Assembly (NCBI RefSeq): GCF_030684315.1
Contig: NC_081365.1
Coordinates: 51,886,481-51,950,480 of the forward strand
Direction of reading: 5' to 3'
DNA length: 64,000 nucleotides
From: Stegostoma tigrinum
Lineage: Eukaryota
Under the pieces are notes generated by a model. It worked only from the letters and a program-made list of their open reading frames with translations. It searched no databases and was not told the DNA's origin. How positions within the stretch are numbered: the first letter of the stretch is position 1; every line of letters starts with the position of its first letter. Below, piece after piece: positions 13,480-26,024 of this stretch. The position numbers were made by a program, and so were the translations under genes.

Positions 13480-13990
13480 ACTGGTGAGTCTCTATTTATT
13501 TCAGTCTTAATCTTATTTTTAATAATGAAGTTAATTGTCCAATAAATATCGGCATGCAAGGCTTGATGAAATGGACATCCTCTTCCTTGTGTGAACTCCA
13601 GAGCAATTCTTCTGTCCTGGATATGCAGGAAGTGCTGTTAGATAGGGGAGCTTGACTCTGGAGTTTCAGAATTTAGGCAGCAGCTAGCATTGTTGTGGTG
13701 TATCTGTTGTTGAAGAAAACATTTTGAGATAGGGTCACTGCACAGATTAAGTGTCTGTGGGCAGAAAAGGAATAAGTGACAGTCAGGTAATCAAAGGAGC
13801 TCCTGGATTTTAGCTTGTTGCTACAACCAATGTTTAATTCTGAATAGTTGTAGAAGTGCTGATTTCTCTTGGGAGTGCAGCAAGAAACCAGTTCATAGTG
13901 TCATCTTTGCTTCAACTATACAGATGAGTCAGAGGAAGGTTGAGGAAGCAACACAAAAGGGATTTATTTTCATTTTGGGGGCAGACCACT
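13480..13990 (+). mobile_element. Very decayed CR1 5'/ORF1 fragment
   Basis: tgcaggaagtgc (CRKC), gagcttgactctg and a WVT-like segment are colinear with ORF1 at 45066-45512; heavily mutated. Confidence 0.4.
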
Positions 13991-15030
13991 GTTTGCTAAA
14001 TCTATGCCCTCATTCTTGTTCCTTTTTACAGTAGGAACAGCTTCTTGCTTTCTACTCTACTTAGTCCACTCATGATTTTGAAAACTTCCATAAAGTCTCC
14101 TCTCAGCCTTTTCCCCTGCCAGTAAAAAGTCCCAACTTCTTCAGTCTATCCTCATAACTGAAGTTTCTAATTGCTGAGGCAATTCTTATAAATCGTGTCT
14201 GCATGCCCTCCATTGCATTCACATCTTTCCTATAATGTGAGGCTGAGAGCTGTATGGAATCCTTCAGCTAAGATCTAACAACTGTTTTAAATAAGATCAA
14301 CACAACTTTGTTGCTCTTCTACTGTATGTCTCTATTAATAAAGCTGGGGGCACTGTATGCTTTATAAAGTGCCCTTTTCAACTGTCCTGCCACCTTCAGT
14401 TATTTATGTGCATATACACCTCGATCCATCTGCTCCTGGAAGCCCCTCAGGAGTAGTGCCTCCCATTTTATATTGTCTTTCAATGTTTTGCAATGAAAAT
14501 GAAATAATTCATTTCTCTGCATTGAGCCTTATTTGTCACTCACGTGCCCTCTCTACCAACTTGTCAATATTCATTTGGAATTCCATGCTGTCCTCTTCAT
14601 AGTTTATAAATCCTTCATGTTTCAGGTCATCTGCAAACTTTGAAATTGTCCATAGCACACCAAGATCCAGGCAATTGATATATATAATCAAGAAATTTTT
14701 GGGCTTAAATACAGAAACTCGAGGTTCTACACTACAAATGTTCCTCCAGAGGGAACTATAACCGTTGGCCATTATTCTCATTCAATCATTCGGCCAGTTT
14801 TATATCCTCATTGCTACTATCCATTTTAGACCATGACCTGTAACAAAGAAACTTGGAAATCAATGGATACCACATCAATGTTACCTTCATGGAGTCTTTC
14901 TGCTGATTGATTTGGAGGATGGGTTAACAGGAGGTTTGATGCAGAAGAAATGGTGTGTATGAACTTCAGAATGCATTTAATAAAGAGGCCTATAACAGGC
15001 CATTCAGTAAAGTTAAAGTCAATCGAATAA
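13990..15030 (-). mobile_element. Decayed CR1 RT fragment (mostly minus; short plus piece at 14930-15030)
   Basis: ORF 14536..14781 reads 'IYINCLDLGVLWTISKFADDLK...FQMNIDKLVERA'. Confidence 0.8.
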
Positions 15031-15034
15031 AGTA

Positions 15035-15620
15035 ACCAAATCTAAGCTCTGCAGTCCTACCATATCCTCGGGGTGGTGGACAATTATGCAACTAACAAGG
15101 GGAAAAGGCTTTGTCAATATCTCCATCCAAAACAATGGTGGAACCCAATGTATCAGTGCAAAAGAAGAGGCTGAAACATTTGCACATGTCCTCAGCCGTA
15201 AGTACCAAGTGGCTGATCCATCATGGCTCCTGCCTGAGGTCCCCAGAATTACTGATGCTTGTTTTCAACCAATTCAAGTAATTCCAACTGATAGCGAGAA
15301 TTGGCTGAAGACACTGGAATCTTAAAAGGACTCTAAGGACCCGAACAACTTTCTCACAACAGCGCAAAAAACATGCTCTCCAAATCTCACTGCACACTTA
15401 GCCAAGCTATTCCAGTACAGCTGCAATATTGCCACTTATCTGACAATGCAGATAATTATCCAAGTATATACTGTCCACAAAAAAAGTAGAAAAAATCCAA
15501 CCTGGCCAGTAACTCTTTTATCAATTTACTGTTAACCATAAGCAAAGTGAAAGAATGGGTCATTGATGGTGGTAATTCCTTTGCACTTGCAAAGGAATAA
15601 CTTATTCACTGGTGCTTAAT
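15035..15620 (+). mobile_element. CR1/L2-group LINE ORF2 fragment
   Basis: ORF 15086..15325 reads 'ISAKEEAETFA...VADPS..LPEVP.ITDACFQPI'; colinear with 46550-47160. Confidence 0.8.
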
Positions 15621-16057
15621 TTTCATGTTCCTTGAATTTGAGAAGTGACACATGCAAGCTGTTTAAATATTCTGAAGATTATTTACAAATTAATTATAAA
15701 ATGAAAAATGAGAATGGAAGAAGATTTTCAGCCTAATAGGATTTCATAACCTCTACAAATATCACTTTAGAAATTGAGGAAAGAAGTAAAATCATTAAAA
15801 TTGAAGAATGTTCCTTATACATAAGTAAGTTTAGTTAAATGATCTTATATTTTGTTCAAGAGTAATTAAATTAAGTGCTATTTAAAGATTTGTAGGTGAG
15901 CAATTGAAATTAGATGGAACCGAGAAGCAAAATTGTGGCTGAGTGAATTAAGACATTAAAGGCACTAAACTTGCCTTTAGTCAGATAAGAGCCAAGAGCT
16001 TTAGCAACATTGTGTGTTAGACTGACAGTGTGTTGTTGCAAAAAAGATCATAACTAC

Positions 16058-16347
16058 TTTGGTCCAACAAGTCCATACCGCCCCTTGAAATATCCCACCG
16101 AGACCCATTCCCCTATAACCCACACACCCGTGAACACGATGGGCAATTTAGCATGGCGGATCCACCTGTCCTGCACATCTTTGGATTGTGGGAGGAAACT
16201 GGAGCACACCCACGCAGACATGGGGAGAATGTGCAAACTCCACACAGACAGTTGCCTGAGGCTGGGATTGAACCCGGGTCCCTGGCACTGTGAGGCTGCA
16301 GTCCACCAAAGGGCCTGTTTCCCCACTGTAGGGAATCTAAAAATCTA
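16058..16347. mobile_element. HE1 V-SINE with internal inversion (body minus 16058-16302, tail plus 16306-16347)
   Basis: The body matches 8753-9005. It is followed by the sense tail ccaaagggcctgtttccccactgtagggaatctaaaaatcta. Confidence 0.88.
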
Positions 16348-17354
16348 CTGAGATTTTATTCTATTAATAGAACAGGAAAATATCTTGCTATGGCCCGAGC
16401 ATCCCCTCATTTGATCAAATAAAGAGCAGTTGCACTGAATTGCAAGCAGAGTTAAAGATGAAGTAGTCATGGGTAAATTGAACAGAAGGAGTGATCCTGA
16501 CAGTTGGTATGCCTGAAGATGATTTTTCTTGGGCATGGAGATGGACTATGAGAGGAAGCAAAATGTCATCCTGCTGAATTAATTGAAATCCTTATTTCTG
16601 AAATGTTATCACAAAATCATTCATAGATCAATAAAAGAGTATTTTTAGGAAGCAACCGGATCTGTTTTCTATATCTTGGAATATTCTGTAAAATATTGCA
16701 GGGCACTCTGAACACCATTAACTTAACTAAACTGGCTTTCAGTGCAGTATTTTGTAAGCACATATGCTTAGACACAGACAACTCAAATTTGAGACTGAAA
16801 GATGAAAGAATAGTTGCATTATCGAGGTGTAGCTGATCAGCCTCTGCTTACAATCTTTATCATGCAGGCTAACTTCTTATTGTTCACTTCCAGCTGATTC
16901 AGTTTAAGTGCCACATTGTCAGTTAAGGATTGTTAAGAAAATGAAATAAATAATTTTTTATGGCATGTGTTTTTTTAAAATCTACTGTGTCTGATACACA
17001 GGTATGAATTAAACTCAATTTAGAGCACTGGGCAGTGCCTTCCTGCCACACTCGCACCTACGTATTTCTCTATGGGATTTTTCTGAGTACATGCATGGAA
17101 GTAGCAGGAAGGCCCTTCTATTAATTTAACATCTTGCATGACCTCAAGGCATCCAGAAGTACTTGAGAGGCAGTGAAGCCTAATCAACCTTCCAGGCACT
17201 GGAGCAACAAAGGTAAGCAAATTCCTGTTGACCACGCAAAGTCTACCTCAACAAATCTGGGGACTTGTGCCAAAATTAGTAACTAGTCTGTAGGTCAATT
17301 TGTCTATCTGTAATATAACAGTAACATTCATGGAATTTTACTTTATAGGCAATG

Positions 17355-18372
17355 TTGGGGCCTGGGATAGGGGTGAGGGAGGAGGTGTGGGGGCAAGTGT
17401 AGCATTTCCTGCGGTTGCAGGGGAAGGTGCCGGGTGTGGTGGGGTTGGAGCGCAGTGTGGAGCGAACAAGGGAGTCACGGAGAGAGTGGTCTTTCTGGAA
17501 AGCAGACTGGGGTGGGGATGGAAAAATGTCTTGGGTGGTGGGGTCGGATTGTAGATGGCGGAAGTGTCGGAGGTCCCAAGATGACTTTCCACATTAAGCA
17601 GAGGTTCACCTGCACATCTGCCAATGTGGTATACTGCATTCACTGTACCCGGTGTGGCTTCCTCTACATTGGGGAAACCAAGCGGAGGCTTGGGGACCGC
17701 TTTGCAGAACACCTCCGCTCGGTTCGCAATAAACAACTGCACCTCCCAGCCGCAAACCATTTCCACTCCCCCTCCCATTCTTTAGATGACATGTCCATCA
17801 TGGGCCTCCTGCAGTGCCACAATGATGCCACCCGAAGGTTGCAGGAACAGCAACTCATATTCCGCTTGGGAACCCTGCAGCCCAATGGTATCAATGTGGA
17901 TTTCACCAGTTTCAAAATCTCCCCTTCCCCCACCGCATCCCAAAACCAGCCCAGTTCGTCCCCTCCCCCCACTGCACCACACAACCAGCCCAGCTCTTCC
18001 CCTCCACCCACTGCATCCCAAAACCAGTCCAACCTGTCTCTGCCTCCCTAACCTGTTCTTCCTCTCACCCATCCCTTCCTCCCACCCCAAGCCGCACCTC
18101 CATCTCCTACCTACTAACCTCATCCCACCTCCTTGACCTGTTCGTCTTCCCTGGACTGACCTATCCCCTCCCTACCTCCCCACCTGTACTCTCCTCTCCA
18201 CCTATCTTCTTTTCTCTCCATCTTCGGTCCGCCTCCCCCTCTCTCCCTATTTATTTCAGAACTCTCACCCCATCCCCTTCTCTGATGAAGGGTCTAGGCC
18301 CGAAACATCAGCTTTTGTGCTCCTGAGATGCTGCTTGGCCTGCTGTGTTCATCCAGCCTCACATTTTATTAT
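17355..18372 (+). mobile_element. Young Penelope-like element, 5'-truncated, with an inverted 5' segment (17355-17573)
   Basis: 'VVYCIHCTRCGFLYIGETKRRLGDRFAEHL' in ORF 17434..18051; near-identical to 50493-51738; hammerhead motif at 18282-18309; about three ~39-bp tandem units at 17929-18030. Confidence 0.95.
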
Positions 18373-18899
18373 ATTGAGGGAATGAAATTTACTCTTGCTG
18401 AGGGACTTCAATGTTATTACTAAGAGTGGCACAGGAGCAACAATGCAAGCAAGTTGAGTTCTTAGTTTTCTGCAAAGAGTTCCTTTGGCCTTGAAGGTAA
18501 GGAAGATCACTGTTTCTCTGTTAGTTTGAAATAATCTCTTCCAGTAACACTGAGAGACTTGGCCACAATGTAAGATTTTGGTTTAGTTTAATCGTTTTTG
18601 ATGTCCAAATATTCTTATTGGAACATTATGGTGTGTCCCAGCTCAAAACATTTGGAATGACCATGCTGTTATTTGAAAACAATAAATGATCAGTTATACT
18701 GAAATGTCCTCTCTATTACAACTGCCTGAGAATGAGATTTTGCTGCATGAATGCTTGTTATTTCTTGATACAGGACCGTCTTCATCAGGTTTGTGGGTAT
18801 ACTGAGAAACCAAGCAGTTTCTCTCTTCTCAGAAATAGGACCGAGTTCTAGAGATTCATGTGTATGGTAAACCAATGATGGAGTGGGTGGGACATTTTC

Positions 18900-19480
18900 C
18901 ACAACTCAGAATTCCCGGCCATGTGGTTGACCGATCTCTCAGCCAAGTCTAACCTATTTCCGGCTCTTCAGCCCTCATCCCTTCCTTTCCCTCCTACAAC
19001 AATGAAAGGGCTATCTTTGTCCTTATTTTCTACCCCACCAGTCTCGGCATCCAAAAGATCATGAGCCTCCAATTCTGCTACTTCCAGTGGGGTACCACCA
19101 CCACCAGACACTCATTCCCTGCCACCCCCTCGCTCATCGGCATTGCACAGGGACTATTCCCTCTGGAATACCGTGGTCCAATCTACTTCCACTCCCAACA
19201 CAGCCTTACACACCCACAACACCTTCCCAAGCAATTGCAGTAGGTGCATTACTTACTTTCTTACCTTCTCCCTCCACAATATTCAAGGGCCCAGGCAAAT
19301 CTTCCAGGAGAAGCAACAATTTACCTGCACTTTATTCAAATTAGTTTATATATGCTAGTCACAATGCAGTCTGCTCCACATTGGGGAAATAAAAGGCAGA
19401 CTGGCAATTATGTTGCAGAACACCTCCGCTGTGTCTGAAAAATGCCCCCAAGCTTTCAGTTGCCTGCCACTTAAACACAG
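18900..19480 (+). mobile_element. Old Penelope-like fragment (linker + GIY-YIG)
   Basis: 'FTCTLFKLVY', cattggggaaataaaaggcagactggc (IGE.K.RL) and 'AEHLRCV' across shifted frames. Confidence 0.8.
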
Positions 19481-19489
19481 TGCCTACAG

Positions 19490-20560
19490 GCAGCATGAAT
19501 TCTATTCAACAACAGATATGATTGTTCAGTCATGTTTCCTGCAGGCATTGTAGAGCCATCAGCTTGTATTCCATTGTGATATTCTTTGAGTTGATCAGTG
19601 GTTTAGGACATCATCCAGGAACATTCTACTCTGTGCAGTCCTTCCAGGCTGCTTGACGTTTTCCTATGCAAAATTTCAGGACTGATGTGGTGATAAAGCA
19701 TAGTCAGTTGAAGTGAAACTTGCCCAATGGACCAATGAAGGAACATCGATATATCACTGATGGGTAATTACCAAAACAAAAATCACACCATTTGTATCAA
19801 ACTTCATGAAGATTGAATAGCTTGCCAATTTATCTAAGCTCTTATCTGCAGACAACACAAGTTGAATGTTGTGTTTGATTGCTGTGTATATCTGTCTAAC
19901 ATCTACACTCATTCTGTCAGATGCATTCAATTTGGCACCAGTACTAACCACCGAGCACCGGCTGATTGATGTCGTCACAGGTGAAATACCAATGTGCTTC
20001 AATACAAAGTCAATTTCCCTCTTTCTTTGGCAAGACTGGATAAGGAATATTCCTAGATGTCTACAGGAACACTGTCTTTGTTTCTGCATACAAAGTCATG
20101 CAGTATTCTATTTCCAGTCTTCCTCGTGCTCTTGGTTTCAGAGGGTTACGTTCAATTGCCCTTCCATTACAGCCCACTGAGTATTTCTTACATGATCGCT
20201 GAATTGAGACCACGGTTCAGCATCGGAAAGAACTGAAGTTGCTGCACTTGAGTCTAACATTAAATACTTCTTGCTTCTCTCATCTGTAATATCAGTGCTC
20301 CAGTAACCTCCCCTGGTTTCTTGGATATTTCCAAGGAAACTTGTCTCAGTGCATGGTAATCATCTGTTTCATGGATCTTGCATCTTTCAGAGGTCTCCCA
20401 CTGTATATTCAATATAGATTTCTCACTACAGCACATTGGCTAACAGTGGCTTAACTTCCTGTGCAAATGGTATTTTGTTTCATTGGCAAGGCAGTTTTGC
20501 ACCTGGATTCTCCCTGTCACCAGTTATTAGTTAGTCTCGTTGTTCATGAAGTTTCTTCCT
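19490..20560 (-). mobile_element. Decayed Ty3/Gypsy gag-pol relic (protease + RT)
   Basis: Minus strand: LDSSAATSVLSDAEPW (protease-like, ~20257-20210); 'ISPVTTSISRCS...RMSVDV...SLDKLASYSIFMKFDTN'; 'FIGPLGKFHFN*LCF'; and LDDVL at 19618-19604. The order matches Gypsy pol. Confidence 0.8.
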
Positions 20561-21279
20561 GTCTCTCCTCTGTTTTTATGGCAGTTTCTCTGCTTTGAAG
20601 TTTGATCTACACTAATTATTTGACTGCTTTTGAAATAGGATTCTCTCATCACGTCCAATCACGGTTTAAATTGTCCGCCTGAGTTCAATTTCTCTGTTTG
20701 TTCAGAAGGCCTTTAATAAGGCCAGGTCATAAATCAACTGTTAAGCAGTCAGACTGACAAGTGAGATGTAGAAAACAGTGAAAACATCTTAGTGTGCTGA
20801 CTGCGTCTTACATGAGACTGCAAGAGTGAACAAGATGATGACATGTAACACCACTTCCTGTGATGCTGTATGTGGCATTTCATTAGCATGAAATACAATT
20901 ATAATTAACTCATTATACAACATTATCTAGTTTAAAAAGTCTGTGATCAGACTTTGAATGTTTGGACATGGTCAGACCAGAGTTCAGAGAAGAAATTTAA
21001 ACCCTAGTAAATGTGATATTCATGTGAACAGTGATGCACGAAGTCGGATGACAAAGTGGTAGTACCTAATTCTTTAAGGAGCTAGATTTTGGGCAGAACT
21101 ACATACTGAATACATATATATAGTTTGCACGAAATTCACAGTCAAAATGTTTGTGTATTCACCTGGTCTAGATGGTCATCTGGAATTATTGTTTGACAAA
21201 TGAACTATTGTTCAAACTGCAGAAATAAGCTGCCAAAAACCTTTTTTTTAACAACATCATCATGTTTGACCCAATCATT

Positions 21280-21900
21280 TGAAGGAATGCATACGAATGT
21301 CAGCTAAATGGGAAATTACCATTTCTCAGCACTTATTAGCAGTTACAATGAGCCTATTGACATATGTGGATCAAAACACCAAAGCTGAAAAGACAAAAGA
21401 TTAGTTTGAGTCCACTTCTACCTGTCATGGATTACTTAAGGATCTTGTCCACATGACAGGCTTTAATTTCGTTCCACTCAATTTCAGAATTCAATGAAGC
21501 TAAACTATATTGAACTTACTCTCATTGTCCGAACCAGTTGGCGTCAAATGGAACAGTAGGACGATCTGTGTGAATAATCAAGGAAACAAAGAAAGAAGCA
21601 AATGCTGCATGGACATTCAATTTCAACATAAGATAGATTAGCCAATTTTCTGCTGAGGTACTGAACATCTCCATACAAAACTATAAGGTACACACCTGCT
21701 GAGCTCTTCATGAAGAGGAGATTAAAGTCACAGCTTAGTTTATTTCTACAGAATTTGACTGCTAAAGATGAATGAGGAAAGTTCAGTCAGAAATGGCAGC
21801 ATGATACAAATAAGAGAAGGAACTTCAAAGAGAAGTTGACATTTGTGCTCTGGACAACCTTTTACATGTCGCACAGGTGGGATATGAAAAATATTTGTGG
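21280..21900 (+). mobile_element. Decayed Ty3/Gypsy integrase relic
   Basis: Plus-strand translation gives 'FRSTQFQNSMKLNYIE...ASNGTVGRSV*IIKE' and 'LANFLLRY*TSPYKTIRYTPAELFMKRRLKSQLSL', matching the SNGxAER and YRxTPH..TPAEL motifs. Confidence 0.8.
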
Positions 21901-22339
21901 AGATTTTTGGTACTAAGAAATACATATTTAAAATTGATGGAAAAGTGAGAAATCTTCAGGAGATTGCATGATGATTCAAAAACTTAAATATATTCTGCAT
22001 GAAAACAATCTTATGTCAAAATGTAAGGCAATTCAAGCCATGTTGTTTGAAATGACTATTTCTGAAGAGGAAATGAGATCTCCTATAATTTCCAAACTGA
22101 AACCTGAGACTCCAAAAACTGACAATATATCAATGTCTGTATAAAGATCTTGAAGACATTGTCAACCAATTATTTTATTCTCTTGCTTGCATTCTTTGGC
22201 TGGTTTACGGGTATTGTAGCCTTAAATGGACAAAGTGCGAAATGTAATTTTCGATGAAGTACATTACTCCATTTCTTAGTAAATGAGAAGCACAGTGTGT
22301 TTCAATGGTTTGTTGAAAAAAATGGAATAAATGAATTTA

Positions 22340-22515
22340 TATGCTCAGCTAATGTTTTGTGGACATGGGTTCAAATCTCACCAAAATAGGTGGTGAAATT
22401 TGAATCCAGTAAAAGAAACTGAAATGAAATACTAGCTGAATGGCAATCATGCAACCACAGCGAATTGTCATAAAAAACATGTGGTTCATTGCTGTTCTTT
22501 CAAGAAGGAAATGCA
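22340..22515 (+). mobile_element. tRNA-derived SINE fragment (same family as 60245-60578)
   Basis: B box gggttcaaatc, then ggtggtgaaatttgaatcc...ggttcatt...aaggaaat. Confidence 0.6.
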
Positions 22516-22519
22516 GAAG

Positions 22520-23440
22520 CTGGTGGATACTAATAAGATCCAGAGCAAAACCAACTCTGGTGAAGTGATCACAGCTCAGGAAACATGGGATCGGAGTTAA
22601 GGAGTTACAGTCAGAGCTACAGACATTGCATCACATCGGGAAAGGGGAAGTTACCCATGCACTTCACTCCAGATGGCAGTTACACCCCTCAGGTTAGGAA
22701 ATTCAACTAGTTTTGTTATCAGGAAAAGAGATTGTAACTGTTGATCAAACAGGTATGAGGATATGTGGTTAGAATTGAGGAGTCTTGGCTCCTGTGGTTG
22801 ACCAAGAATTATGAGATCCTTGCAAGGTGTGTGGATAAGAGTGGGGACACCAAAGCAGATGAGCAAACTTACCATGCCAGCCTTGTACAGTGATCCATTC
22901 AAGTGGTGTAAGGAAATAGGAACGTAGTTGTAGTAGTGGATAGTATAATTAGGGAAATAGATACCATTCTCTTCAGCTGTGATTAGGAGTCTCTAAGACT
23001 GTATTACCTGCCTGATAGTAGGGCTAAGGACATCTCCTCAGGCTGGAGGAGAACTTGGAGAATAACGGGAGGGATCAAACATTTGTTGTCCGGGTTGGTA
23101 CAATTAACATTGGTAGGACTAGAAAGGAGCTTTGAGTAAACTCTTTGAATAGTTAGGAGCTGAATTACAAAGCCGAACCACCAAGATAATAAACCCTTTG
23201 TTATTACATGGGCCATGAACAAACTGACATAAGGCAAATAAGCATTGTTAAATGCTTGGAATTAAATGCTTGTTTCAAAGATTGGTGTGGATGTAATGGG
23301 TTTCTGCGTAGGGTCACTTGCACAGGTTTTGGAACAGAAGGGAACTGTTCTGGTGGGATGGGCTTCTCTTGATCTCTGCAGGGACCAGAGCACCGGTGAA
23401 ATGAATAACTAGGACACCATTCAAAGCTTTAAATTAATTT
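22520..23440 (+). mobile_element. Decayed CR1 ORF1 (zipper + SGNH esterase)
   Basis: 'VKELQSELQTL', 'VVVVDSIIREIDT' and 'YYLPDSRAKDISS', plus an HVGTNDIG-like segment; colinear with 44446-45512. Confidence 0.75.
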
Positions 23441-23494
23441 GGAGGGTGGAGGAGGATTGGGAGACAGGAAATGTAGGAGACTTTTTTCCGATTG

Positions 23495-23616
23495 AGGCTC
23501 TTGTGGTGCAGTGGTAAAGACCCTACCTCTGAGACAGGATGGTTTGGGTACAAGTCGCACTTCCTACAGACATGTATAAAGCAACATCTCTGAACATGTT
23601 AATACAGAAAATATCT
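23495..23616 (+). mobile_element. Short tRNA-derived SINE, decayed
   Basis: A box tggtgcagtgg and a decayed B box gggtacaagtc with tRNA-like spacing. Confidence 0.55.
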
Positions 23617-24444
23617 GAAATGATTTCAATATTCCTGTACTCAAATACTTGTATACATTTCCAACTGTGTGAGGAAACTGAACATTTTTGGATGTGCACA
23701 ACCTGTTAGGGTTTCATGGTATTGCATTCCCTGTGGATGCATTATTTTCTCCTATTTATCAGGGAAAAAGTAAAGGAGCAGATTCCAAATGGAGCAAAGG
23801 AAAATTAGATGCCACTTGAGGAGGATGCAGCCCAAAATCCATCTCACATTTTAAAGAATCCCACTTTTAAGGATGTATGCAAAGGAAAGATGTCTTTACC
23901 AAGAAGGGAATAGAATACTTATCCGGATCTTATAGGAAAACCCTCAAACAATGCTCAATTGCCCTCTTTCCAAGAATCTGGAAATGACTACAGCCCATAT
24001 GTGACTTTTTCTGCATGGGGTAACTTCAATAACCTGGATTTATATGACACATTTAAGACAGTATAACAGAGGTGTCACCAAATTAAAATAACACCAAATC
24101 GGATAGGCAGTTATTAGCATGTGACATCACACTTAAAAGCCTCTTAAAGGAGGAAGGAGGATTGTAGACCAGGGGCTAGGCAACTGTTGGAATGGCAAGA
24201 ATTGCGAGAATGACAATTTTTTAGAATATACGCATAGAATGAATTGTGCAAGCCGAGAAAGATGGGAAGAGGGAAGACCATGGAGGTATTTGAACATAAA
24301 ATCATGAATTGTAAATAGAGGCATTATTGTGCCACTAAAGTACATATGCCATTAAACACAAGATGATGGGTAAACAAAATTTAACACCAGGTAAAGATTG
24401 TAAAGCACTGGGCTTTAGGTAAGCTGCTATATAGGGGAGGAGGT

Positions 24445-24603
24445 CAATGTTCACTCTCCTATTTGGGAAGAAAATCTGGCATCCTTACACAGTTTGGCCT
24501 CCATATCCACAGCAATGTGTTTGACTCTTATCTGGCTATCAGGGATAGACAACAAAATGCAGGCCAAACTAGAGACACCCACATTCCATGAATAAATAAA
24601 AAA
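24445..24603 (+). mobile_element. SINE 3' fragment with LINE-like tail
   Basis: ccacagcaatgtgtttgactctta...cccacattccatgaataaataaaaaa is homologous to the reverse complement of 60245-60420. Confidence 0.55.
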
Positions 24604-25419
24604 TTGTCAGCAGTACATCTTTCAAGTGTATTTATATGTTGATCTTTAAATTAGACCTTGTTGTATTATCTGTACCTTATATTTAACAGATGAAGAAAGA
24701 TTCAACTCTTATTCTAAAATGTCTTTGTAAGAACTGGGACTAAGATGGAAAATTCACTGCTTACTTGGGAACAAATGAAGGCTTTTGCTACCTATAGTCA
24801 TGCCTTTTGATCTGCACTTCAGTCAGGATGACAAAGCTATTACCCAGGATAATCTAATCAAGCATGATGAGAGAAGTGATTCATAGGAGTAGCCTCAAGA
24901 AATTGTGAATGTTTGCCATGCATCAAAGTTCCTATGATCTTGACTTGATTTGGAGTTTTATATTCAACAATTTGTCAATTTAGGAAATAGATCCATAATT
25001 CATTCTCAAATTTCAGAATCAAATTTACAGCTTGAATCTTCAATGTTGGGCAGAAATATGAGTCAATTCACACACAAACATTTGTTATGATCCTTGCAGA
25101 GAATGGTAACTTTTAAAAGAGAAAATAATTCCTGCAACCTCAACAGAAAGAAAACTGATGGACTAGATTTCACTTTTGAAAACATTTATTGTAACAATCA
25201 AAGCAATATCAACATAAAAATTAAAAAGCAAATGATGCTTCAACTAAAAAGGTAAACTTCATTTTAAATACACAAAATCCTCTAGGCAATTACAAGAGCT
25301 CACACCACCTCCTGCAAAAATGTTGGTAGGATCTCATCTGCAAGAAAACAGTTTTAAATTGACACAATTCTTGATGCATAAAGTAAACTTGTAGAAGTCC
25401 AATGTCTCAATATTTTAAA

Positions 25420-25679
25420 AACAGAAAGAACTGCAGGTTCTGTAAGTCAGAAACAAAAATAGAAGTTGCTGGAAAACATCAGCAGGTCTGGCAGCATCTG
25501 GGAAGTGAAATCAGAGTTAATGTTTCAGGTCTGGTGACCTTTCTGCAGTGGTGACTTTTCCTCAGAACCCTGAGTCCTGAGGAAAGGTCACCAGACTGGA
25601 AACATTAACTCTGATTTCTCTTCCCAGTGGCCGCCACACCTGTTGGTATTTTCCAGCAATTTCCATTTTTATATTTCAG
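25420..25679. repeat. Palindrome of two Penelope terminal repeats, back to back
   Basis: The left arm 25449-25565 is the reverse complement of the right arm 25577-25679. The right arm carries CTGAGGAaaggtcaccagactgGAAACATTaactctgatttc; the left arm has the same motif with a short internal duplication. Confidence 0.85.
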
Positions 25680-26024
25680 CATTATTGTTGGCATTCTAAC
25701 TGCACAGCATAATTAATGCAGCAGTAATTAGAACACTTATTATGGATAGTTTTGTTTATTGACTTTCAACAATCAATGATTTTGCTCCTTGAATTGCTTT
25801 CGTTGGCAGTTGGTTTACATTCAAAGTTGCTGGACATGCTAAACAGTATACTTTGACAGAGCTTTCTCTGCTAGGCTCTCAAAAGGTTGCTGGGTTAAAA
25901 TCTCTGGTGACTGTCTTCTCACACTCAATACAATGATCTGAATGGTTTGGCAAAACTGAAATAATGAATGTGACGGTGTTTGCTAGCCAACAATCCTTAC
26001 TGACCTTGTCTTCTGATCTATGTC

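Noticed and set aside
17929-18030. ~39-bp tandem units (also 50870-50975) as a CRISPR-like array
   Set aside because: No unique spacers; they are an internal minisatellite of the Penelope element in a eukaryotic genome.
25083-25975. Possible solo LTR around the palindrome (similar impressions at ~7.8-8.5 kb and ~48.5-48.9 kb)
   Set aside because: Only a TG start and general composition; no second LTR, PBS, PPT or TSD could be verified.
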